From Macrostomum lignano (taxonomy: Eukaryota), in the NCBI GenBank assembly GCA_002269645.1, contig NIVC01004831.1, forward strand, positions 1 through 33,968: a DNA stretch of 33,968 nucleotides. The letters run 5' to 3'. The notes under the pieces were generated by a model. It did not search any database and had not been told where the DNA came from. It saw nothing but the letters and a program-made list of their open reading frames with translations. Made by a program: the position numbers and the translations under genes. Positions 12,406 to 22,632 of this stretch are shown here, in pieces; position 1 is the first letter of the stretch; each line of letters opens with the position of its first letter.

Positions 12406-15400
12406 CTAAGTGAGACGCAACTCAAAACAGCCGAGATGCGGCTCTTCAAATTGGATACACTTTTGCTGGAGAAAATTTCTAACAACAGGCCTCAATACTG
12501 GACCGCTATTAGAGTGCTTCCCGTGTCCAGTAATCACTTTAATAGTCTTTAATCCGCTGCTTGAACTACTATTCATAGTAGTCTTTAAAGCTTGTATAGC
12601 TTCGCTAGCGTTCATGCCGTGCAAATCCAACTGTTTCTCCCTGGACCCGAACAGTCGGATTCCGAGGTTATTGCCGCTGCTTCTAGTTGCCATGCCAACC
12701 AACTCAGCCCGTTCCTGTCGCTCCTGTTGAGCTAACGAGCCAGCCTGGCGCATATAATGGCCCTGAGCTCGTGGATCTTTAGCGTAGGCCGCCTTAGTTA
12801 AATAATCGCGTCTTTGAGCACGGTAATCAGCGCTAACTAGGTTCAAATGATCGAATAGGCCTCCTAATTTAGTAGCTTCATCAGAAGACGTAGATGAGGA
12901 GGCTGCGGCTGCAATCGGTGATGGAGACTTCTTGAATACCGCGGAGCTAGCAGCAGCCGCGCCGTCAGGCTCTGTGGCCGGCTCAAGGCCGCACTCTAAC
13001 AAAGTGGCAAAGGCGGCTTCATAGCTATTGCCACAGTCAGCTAGTAGAGAAGCGGCCGCGTCCTCAGATAGGCCTGGAAAAGCTCTAAACAGTCGGTCAA
13101 GATTAATCCGACTCGATAATGGATCGCTTGCTCTCCACCGGCTGTCTGATAGGGCTGGCGAAGAGTAAGACGATACGGGTTGGCGCTGCTGCTGCTGCTG
13201 CTGCGCAGACACGCCAATATGGTCAAGAAAGGCCAAATAAATCAGCGACAAAACTTCATCTGGCGGAGTCCAATCGGCTAAGAAATCTTCGCCAACTTCA
13301 GATAATAAATTGCCAACAGTTGCATTGTTTTTGGAGTTCAATTTTTTACCAAATCGTTCATGCAAAGCCATTAAGTTGGTCTTAGTAATAAATCCTGATA
13401 GTGCCTGCAAATGTTTTGTAGCGAAATATCCAGGTTTTTAAGCTGTCTCTAACAGCTGCTATTGACTCTCATTAGTGACCTTACCTGATGATAAGGGACA
13501 ATAGCCACAAGTGAGTCACAGGTGACACAAGACACAACAGGCACAAAGCGCATTCACCAGGTAACACCAGACACAACAGTCACAAAGCACATTCATCGGG
13601 TGACTCCAGACACAACAGTCACAAAGCACCTTCACCAGGTGTTTCAAGACACAACACGTGACAACAGTCAAAGCGCATTCACCAGGTGACACCAGAGCTC
13701 AGACTAAACAGTCACAAAGCACATTCACAAACTTGGATACTTTTTGTTATTGCCGATCAGGTAGAAAATTGTTAGAGTTTTAATTAAAGCTTTTACCTGA
13801 TCATCGCTATACATATCTTTAACCACCTCGGCAGCGACTGGACTTTTAGAAGCCCAATTAGCTACATACTTAGGACTTTCTTCGAGTCCTACAGAGAATT
13901 CCACACCAGATTGTTGCTGTTCCACAATTTCAGACACCAACAATGACGGAGAGCATTCATTAGAGACTAAAAGCGGAGCCATGCCAGCACCATCATCTTC
14001 AACTGGTAGCTTAGCATCGCCTTTATAAGCCTCAGATAATTGATTCAACTGTTCGATAGTGGCCGTCAAATCGTTCTCATTAGCTCGATACATTTCAATC
14101 AGCACTTCGGCATCAAAGTCGGGAAATATGCTAGCTAGATAAGCGGAATTGTCGTCCTCTTCTATGGCTGCGACGCGATCCGCGACTAAACAGACCTGAG
14201 CGTCGGCAACGACCTCATTCGAGCACAATGATGAAGCAGCTAGATCAGCATCAACACCGACACTATTGCTTGGAGTCTGTTGAGGCCGAGTCTCGAACAG
14301 ACTGCGCCATTCGTTGACGTGAGCAACGCTTCGAAGGCAATCGTTAAATGATTGAACCATTTCAGGCTGACGATATTGATCCATTGGCTGGTGTCTTGCC
14401 TGCAGTGTTATTTTTTAATAGAAAATATCAGTAAATAACAAGAGCAAACTTTTTTGATCTTCATGTTCAAATACCATCATTATATGCATGATCATGTCTT
14501 TGGTCATATGCATGATCATGTCTTTGATCATATGCATGATCATGTCCTTGATCATATGCATGATCATGTCTTTGATCATATGCATGATCATGTCCTTGAT
14601 CATATGCATGATCATGTCTTTGATCATATGCATGATCATGTCCTTGATCATATGCATGATCATGTCTTTGATCATATGCATGATCATGTCCTTGATCATA
14701 TGCATGATATTGTCCTTGATCATATGCATGATCATGTCTTTGATCATATGCATGATCATGTCCTTGATCATATGCATGATCATGTCTTTGATCATATGCA
14801 TGATCATGTCCTTGATCATATGCATGATCATGTCTTTGATCATATGCATGATCATGTCTTTGATCATATGCATGATTATGTCTTTGATCATATGCATGAT
14901 CATGTCTTTGATCATATGCATGATTATGTCTTTGATCGTATGCATGATCATGTCTTTGATCATATGCATGATCATGTCTTTGATCATATGCATGATTATG
15001 TCTTTGATCATATGCATGATCATGTCTTTGATCATATGCATGATCATGTCCTTGATCATATGCGTGCAATTAATATTCCTCTCCAACAAGGGGAACCCCA
15101 ACTTTCTTATTTGCTAAAATTTGCCCGAATCATTAACATTGCCAAACGTATTAACTTTCTGATAAACAGGGCTAATAAAACTAATAGATATAAATAGCAT
15201 AGCTTGAAATAAACCCTCTACCACACACAAACACATGGTGACCCACCTGAGATCTAGTATGAACGCTGTTAACCTTTGGCAATTGTAAAACTTTCAGGCA
15301 ATACACCGTATTACCATGGCGCGAATCGTTAACCAGCGCGTTGGCCAATTTAGCTCCGACATTGCAGACTTCGTTGGGCAGCTGCTCAACGCCATCTTCG

Positions 15401-16518
15401 TCATCAACTAAACGCAATTGTTCAAAAATTTTGCGCATTTCTTGCAGTTTCTTTTTAGGCACAGAGTGCACATTGCGTTGGGCTAATTGGACAACATCGA
15501 ATTTCCAATACGTATTCGGTTCAGTTACTATGCTTAGATAATTATGAGTAGCGGCCAGAGGTAAATATGATACAAACTCGCTCGTTTTAACATTTGTATT
15601 GTCGATAATGACAATGGGCTTGCGATCCAACATGCAACTGCTTACTAAAATTGGTAGTAGGTGCACAATAACTTCATGTAATTGGCTGGCTTTTATAGTA
15701 AAAAACAGGTTGAAATACCTCGAAACTACTACTGGTCATCTGATGATTCGGTTAGATACTCATTGCTCATTGAACTGGATACTACTGCAATACCTTGTAC
15801 CGAAATGTCACGGTACAAGTCGCTAAAAAGTTGTCAAAGAGTCATCTAAGAGTTCAATTTAAGGTGTTTTGTTGTCTGCGACTCCACTCTATTTAGTCTA
15901 CTTAAGTCAGTAGAAAGTTGAGCACTAGCAGAACAATTCTTGGACGACTTTTTGGCGGCCCTAGAGTCGCTAGAGTCAATGGCGAGTTGTTTGCAATGAC
16001 TCTTTAGCGATTCTGGTCACGTTAACATTTTGAATGGGATGCTTATTGAACTGGATACTACTTATTGCTTAATACAAGTGAGCATATGCTCACATCAATC
16101 TATACTTAAAAATAGATAAATTAGAAACTTTTGAAAAATAAGTTGCTTACCTTTATTTCTACATTGAACATGAGCATTTGAGATTAATGTTGGTTTGTAG
16201 TCATACTCTCCTGTTGGACTATAGAAATAATCATCTGCACTACATATGCAACATGCATTGTTGCCAAATTCAGCCAAAATAGATCTAAAATTAAATTATT
16301 ATACAATTATATTAATCAAATAGAAATCAATGTCAGTGTGTTAACTAATGCAAAAAAATATAAATCTATTTTAAACTTTCTTACTTTGCAAGTGTTGATT
16401 TTCCACTACCAGGCAAGCCTCTCAAGATAATAAGTAGGTTGTAATTCTGTCCAAGATACAATTCAATGATAGGTAATATTGGATGTCTGAATTTTTCTTG
16501 CTGCCCTTTTTATTCCAT
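12406..16518 (-). CDS. N4BP2: NEDD4-binding protein 2-like (P-loop polynucleotide-kinase-like domain, CUE domains, C-terminal Smr nuclease), about 755 codons. Exons (minus): 16518-16385, 16284-16151, 15644-15247, 14399-13797, 13404-12406. In-frame TAA at codon 3 (16512-16510)
   Basis: Walker A LIILRGLPGSGKSTLAK; SADDYF; IVIIDNTN...EPNTYWKFDVVQLAQRNVHSVP; CUE-like LASIFPDFDAEVLIEMY and LFRAFPGLSEDAAASLL; Smr LDLHGMNASEA...VITGHGKHS. All four introns are GT-AG with matching phases (2,1,0,0). AATAAA on the minus strand at 12396-12391 and 12381-12376 follows the TAG. Confidence 0.88.
13500..13735. repeat. Degenerate ~40-bp repeat (CACAAAGCACATTCACCAGGTGACACCAGACACAACAGT) in N4BP2 intron 4
   Basis: About 5-6 diverged copies. 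Confidence 0.8.
14480..15065. repeat. 24-bp palindrome-rich minisatellite (TGATCATATGCATGATCATGTCTT) in N4BP2 intron 3
   Basis: About 24 near-identical units containing CATATG, ATGCAT, TGATCA and the 10-bp palindrome CATGATCATG. Confidence 0.97.
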
Positions 16519-17289
16519 TGTGGCTATAGCTAGACTGGAAAGGGTTTGATATTATGATTGTCTTGTCAATAGTTAAAAAAGTTATAAACTTTACTCATCT
16601 GGAATTAAATGACAAGTATATTGTATAAAAAGCCAAAAATTCATGTTAAAGTATAAACAAGAAATGTATAAAAGAATAATTTCACTTCTAAACATGTATA
16701 ACATACATGCGCAACTTCTGAAATTACGCTGGCCTTGCGACTTAGTTTTCGATCAAAAATGCGACTTACCTATGTAAAAAAGCTAAACAAAGAATTGTGG
16801 GTAAACGGCAGGAGTAACTATGACCACATTTTAAAGGCTAAATGCCTCGCCAGCTAATTAGTGCAGATTTCGTGGTTCTTACTACAGCTAATCAGTATAT
16901 CATAGTGGCGGCCTGAGGCAATTAGTAATGATGACAATGAGTAAAGACATGTAATGACAAAAGTCATGATTCATGAATGTCTAGAAGTAAGTGAAGTGAA
17001 TACAGTGTGGCCTATAGCTCAAGAATAATTTCACTTGCTAGACGATTTGGCATGGAAGATGAGAGCCCTGATTCAGATGGCTCATCAGATGCAGAATACA
17101 AATCCAGTAGAGATACAAGCTGTGAAAACCCACAGATTTTTAAACCACTGAATTCCAATTTCCGGAACTATTTTGCATAGATTCTTAAATTTGAAGTCAT
17201 GCTCAAACAAAAACTAGTTAACAGTTAGGAAAAAGGCAAACAAGGATGGGAGTAAATGCATGTTAAATTAAGATTTGAGGCCTTTGCAA

Positions 17290-17970
17290 ATTCTCTCCTT
17301 TCCTCAATCTTCTCATCCTCTTTTTCTTTTCTCTCTCATCCCTCATCCCTTCTCTCTTTCCTCTCCTCTCTTTCCTCCTCTCTTATCTCTTCTGTCTCCT
17401 GTCTACATTCTTATCTCTCCTCTCGTCTCTCTCCACTTCACTCTACTCTCTCATCTTATCTCTCCTCTCGTCTCTCTCCACTCAACTCTCTCATCTCATC
17501 TCTACTCTCTTATCTCTCCTCTCTTCACTCTCCTCTTATCTCCTCCTTATCCTCTCTTCTCTCGTCTACTCTCTTATCTCCTTTCTTCTCTCTTCTTTCC
17601 TCTTTCCTCTCTTTTCTGATCTCATCCATCATCATATCTTTCCTCTTTCCTCTCATCTCTCTCATCTCTCTCCTCCCTCAGCTTTTCTCTCATCTTCTAT
17701 CTTTTCTCCCATTGCATCGCTCGCCTCTCCTCTGTTTGCTTATCTCCAATCTTCTATTCCCTCTACTTTGAAGTAAGAAAATATGCACACATTTTTGCTG
17801 AAGATAAGAGGAGAGAAGAGGGCATTGAGGAGAAAGGGTAGAGAGAAAAGGGAGAAAGGAGAGGGGAGAAGAGAGGAGAGTAAAAATGAAAGGAGAGAGA
17901 AGAGGGAAAAGGGGAGAGAGAGAAGAGGGGAGGCAAGGTAGAGAAGAAGAGAGAGATGAGAGTTGAAGAG
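17290..17970. repeat. Low-complexity CT-rich tract (about 17290-17765) followed by a GA-rich tract (about 17800-17970)
   Basis: Composition read directly; no fixed period. Confidence 0.85.
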
Positions 17971-18194
17971 ACACCAACCTTGTTAGTTAGAAAGTTTCAA
18001 AGAACCCGAGGGGCGAGGGCCAGATAGAGGGGCTTCGCGAGCTGGACTTTGCCGACCCCTGCTCCGGAGTTAAAGAAATCAATGGGAAACTGTTACATAG
18101 GCTGCTGATTTCAAAGATCTTGTCTGTGGTTGAAGGCTTCTATTCTGTTTTTTTGCTCTCCTGCCACACTTGCACCTACTACCCCTTGATCGCC

Positions 18195-19395
18195 TCTGAT
18201 TGCGACTTACTTCCCTCTTATTGCGACTTAGTTGCTCCTTTTGCGACTTACCTAATCCTTTTGCGACTTACCTAATCCTTTTGCGACTTGACCTAATCCT
18301 TTTTGCGACTTGACCTAATCCTTTTTGCGACTTAGTTGCTCCTTTTGCGACTTACCTAATCCTTTTTGCAACTTAGTTGCTCCTTTTGCGACTTACCTAA
18401 TCCTTTTGCGACTTACCTAATCCTTTTGCGACTTACCTAATCCTTTTTGCGACTTACCTAATCCTTTTTGCGACTTACCTAATCTTTTTGCGACTTGACC
18501 TAATCCTTTTTGCGACTTAGTTGCTCCTTTTGCGACTTACCTAATCCTTTTGCGACTTGACCTAATCCTTTTTGCGACTTGACCTAATCCTTTTGCGACT
18601 TGACCTAATCCTTTTTGCGACTTGACCTAATCCTTTTTGCGACTTAGTTGCTCCTTTTGCGACTTACCTAATCCTTTTTGCAACTTAGTTGCTCCTTTTG
18701 CGACTTACCTAATCCTTTTGCGACTTACCTAATCCTTTTGCGACTTGACCTAATCCTTTTTGCGACTTGACCTAATCCTTTTTGCGACTTAGTTGCTCCT
18801 TTTGCGACTTACCTAATCCTTTTTGCAACTTAGTTGCTCCTTTTGCGACTTACCTAATCCTTTTGCGACTTACCTAATCCTTTTGCGACTTACCTAATCC
18901 TTTTTGCGACTTACCTAATCCTTTTTGCGACTTACCTAATCTTTTTGCGACTTGACCTAATCCTTTTTGCGACTTAGTTGCTCCTTTTGCGACTTACCTA
19001 ATCCTTTTTGCAACTTAGTTGCTCCTTTTGCGACTTACCTAATCCTTTTGCGACTTACCTAATCCTTTTTGCGACTTACCTAATCCTTTTTGCAACTTAG
19101 TTGCTCCTTTTGCGACTTACCTAATCCTTTTGCGACTTACCTAATCCTTTTGCGACTTGACCTAATCCTTTTTGCGACTTAGTTGCTCCTTTTGCGACTT
19201 ACCTAATCCTTTTGCGACTTACCTAATCCTTTTTGCGACTTACCTAATCCTTTTTGCGACTTACCTAATCTTTTTGCGACTTGACCTAATCCTTTTTGCG
19301 ACTTAGTTGCTCCTTTTGCGACTTACCTAATCCTTTTGCGACTTGACCGAATCCTTTTTGCAACTTAGTTGCTCCTTTTGCGACTTACCTAATCA
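18195..19395. repeat. 20-22-bp minisatellite (TTTTGCGACTTACCTAATCC / TTTTGCGACTTAGTTGCTCC) inside the hAT element
   Basis: Two interleaved unit types sharing TTTTGCGACTT; blocks recur, suggesting higher-order structure. Confidence 0.95.
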
Positions 19396-19879
19396 TTTGT
19401 GCAATTTAATTTGCTTCTGCTGCAACTTGTTTTTCTTTTGCTTCACCATTTTACTTCCCTATATTGCTTTTTCCTCTTGCATTTTTTCGTTTTTGGTCAA
19501 CTCAATTTTGCGACTTACCCTGGTCCACCACAATTCACGGTGGCCGGATCGGCCAGCTCGGCCAGCAGTTGCGCATGTATGATGTATAATATATAAGCTT
19601 GAACTATATTGCAAATTTTTATTAAAGAGATACTTAAGATTTAGCTTTATAACTTAACTTTTATATTAAAATAATATCTATATAATATTATAATGGCTTT
19701 ATATGCCAAGTAAATAATTATGTATACTTGCTTCCAAAACTAGATTCTGTTAAACAATTAAGTATACATAGAGCATATTTTATATACTGCTAATAAATAC
19801 GATACTAAGAGGAAATCAAAGTGAAATAAAGTAAACCTCATATATAATGATATTAATATTAAAATGCATTAGATATTAG

Positions 19880-20275
19880 TAGAGGTCAGACCAGATTAAA
19901 ATCTTTAGGCGGGATCAGGAAAAATTTTTTCTTAGGATCAGGATCGGGATTCGGGAATTGGGATCAGGTCTTTTAGTGTATTGTAGCTTGTAGGTCTATA
20001 TAAAGTTAAACAAAATTGAGCTAAAAATGTCAAGATCAAAAAAGTAGAATACAACAAAATTGATGCAAAGTTTTGTAACCAATAAATTAATAATGTAATG
20101 AGTACAAGGTAAAACAAAATACATTCAAGTAATCACTAATTCTATAAATTTTAATCAAAAGACCTGTTCCTATTTATCATGTTTTTTAGGGTTGGGATTC
20201 TAGTCCCGCAGGAATCCAATTTTCTTCAGGATCCCGAGATTTCGGGATCGGGATTGGGATCCCATCCAACCTCTA
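19880..20275. mobile_element. 396-bp hAT-type MITE with TAGAGGT termini
   Basis: Ends TAGAGGTCAGA... and ...TCCAACCTCTA, perfect 8-bp TSD GATATTAG (19872-19879, 20276-20283), and clustered subterminal GGGATC motifs at both ends. Confidence 0.8.
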
Positions 20276-22632
20276 GATATTAGACAATATATAATGTAAT
20301 AGAAAGGCTATGACCTTTTAATTGCAATAATACAAGATACCAGTATAACAATATATTTGCAAAATCATTATAATTTTAGCAATTTTATCATTATAATTTT
20401 AGGTAGCAAAATATGTAAGTGCTTATACACACATACAAATGGAGGTCCAAAGTTGAATGTTAAAAAAGCATTCTATTAACACTCATATCAACTATTAGCA
20501 TGCTACATTCAATTTGTTTTGTATGTATATGTGTATATATGTGAATGCTTGCATGCAAAAAAATTTGTAAATATAATGCTATACTTATGGCAACATTGTG
20601 TTAAAGTTTTGTCAACATTGGTTTCAAATGACAAAAGTAAATCAGGCGCATTACGTGGGCCACCCTAGATTATAGTGTAGTAATAGTGTTATAGGGAGAA
20701 GGAGTAAGGATGATATATACCTAGCATAGTTAGTAACATATTAAAGTTTATATCCCAAAACCAGTGGTCAACTTTCCTCAGATCTCAGCTCCAAGTGACA
20801 TAATTCACAATCACACCATGTTTACAGGAAGCAGGCTTATATAGGCTGATTTCACAATCAAGCTAATATGAAAAAATAAACTAATATTAATGTATTGTCA
20901 ATGATAATATTAAGAATTAATTATTTCATTCATTCATTATTCAACTAATAAATAATTAATCATTTGACTAATAGCTTTGGGATGGAAACATTAACATGTT
21001 GCTGAGTATAGTATTTATATATATCATTATAATATATAGCCATAGCCTAGACCCTACTATAGCCAATGCTAGAATGCTAGAAAATTAGAATTATAGACAC
21101 ATTTATAGGCCTACACATTTTCTTATGTTTAAATAAAGAGTGCCTTGACATTAAACACTTGGCTTGATTGCTTGTCTTATTTTCTAGATTTTATTTAAAA
21201 GCAGTGCAAATAAAGAAAATGAGATTAAAATGAAAATAGGTAATAAGACTATAGTATAGCTATAGGCCTATCTAAACCACACTTCCATATCCACTTTTTA
21301 AATTTCAATCAGGTGCAAATTTAAATTTTAGAATGTATAGGACCCCTATGCCATGGCAATGCTGAGTAAGTGAGTGCTGATGATGTGATACACATTGCAC
21401 AAAAAACAGGTGGTGGCTGGAGGGGAATGATGGGATAGGCCTAGCCTAGGCTAGGGATAGCAGATGCAAATGGGGTGATATTCTAATGATAAAATACCTA
21501 GACAACAAATTTGGTGACAACAAAATGACAGAACCACTAATGGCGACTGAATTTTGCCTTTGAGACTGATGTCGATGTGATCCTGATGATGAGCTAGAGC
21601 TAGGCCTTGGCTAACTTGGCAGGTGGATTTCTAGCAAAAAAGATTAAAAACCATATTAATGAGTGAAATAAATATGTTGCATGTTGGTCTGTACCACTCT
21701 GCCTTTTACTCTTTTAATTAGCATTAAGTATCCTTGGTGTAGACTATAGTTGAAGTTAGTAAGCTGTAAATAATACAAAATAGTACTGTACGCAGTGTAC
21801 TCAGTGTACTTGGCGTGTCGCGGAATAGATGACGGCGCGAATCCATGATGTTGAACCCACTACCCACCCACGCGCTGATAAAACTCCGATACTTTCACAA
21901 AATAACAAAGCAGAACTTTTTTTTCAACGAGAAGGTATTACATTTTTTTTATAGTATTTAGGGTTTTTACCTTTATATTGATTTCTGTTTTGGTGCTTTA
22001 GCATAGGCTAAATATACGTGTCTTGAAAAAGTTTAACCTCATGATTTTCGTAGAATCAAAGATTTAGCTATTATTTTTTTCATGGGTGATTATTCATTTA
22101 ACTAGTATTTAAAAGTTAAGTAAACGAACAATTTCATTTTTTATAAATTTAAAATTTATGTTTTAAAATCAAAATTTTCTTTTTGTTAATTTCTAAGTAT
22201 ATAGGCCATAGACCTACCGAAGTTTATGCCATTATTATTGAAAATTATTATTGTTTTCGTGAGCTAAAGCGATCAGCATAAAGCATGAAACTTCTGACTG
22301 GGTGGCTAAAATTAGAAATTAAAAAAATAAATTTAAAATTTTAACTGTAATATCAAATATAAAAAATATTGTGACTGAAAGTACTGCAATTATGTACATT
22401 GTAGTAATTTATACTCATGAAGTATACATGTAATTAGCTACAATATATTTACTATGCCATTACACTTTTACTTACCATAATTTTAGTAAGTTTTTGACAT
22501 ATTGAGCTATTAATAACATCTACTAAACATAAAAATTAAATTTAAGTTGGCAATTTTAAGATAGTATTGAAATCTATACTTTGATATCTGAATTTTGATT
22601 TCCGCTTTATAATTGACTCATCACTTACCAGA

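Larger units (their letters stand above)
16702..19581 (+). mobile_element. 2.88-kb non-autonomous hAT-type element with internal cargo and satellite
   Basis: Perfect 15-bp TIR CATACATGCGCAACT / AGTTGCGCATGTATG and perfect 8-bp TSD ATGTATAA (16694-16701, 19582-19589). The left ~170 bp shares GGTAAACGGCAGGA-TAACTA and AGGCTAAATGCCTCG-CTAATTAGTG with the 12115 MITE. No transposase ORF seen. Confidence 0.88.

Noticed and set aside
14415-15197. His-rich (HMHDHVFD) and other ORFs suggesting a metal-binding protein
   Set aside because: Four overlapping frames on both strands from one 24-bp array inside N4BP2 intron 3.
15720-15760. Hammerhead ribozyme candidates (CTGATGA here, and at about 17085 and 33185 on the minus strand)
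   Set aside because: No stem II followed by GAAA in the required arrangement.
16510-16512. Nuclear TAA codon reassignment
   Set aside because: More than 7 kb of other reconstructed coding sequence contains no in-frame TAA or TAG, and TAG terminates N4BP2.
17256-17977. Ser/Leu-rich ORFs
   Set aside because: Translations of low-complexity CT/GA DNA.
21845-21934. Possible upstream LAP exon encoding a targeting peptide (MMLNPLPTHALIKLRYF...)
   Set aside because: Weak donor (GTATTA), and its phase 0 does not match the phase-2 acceptor at 22631.
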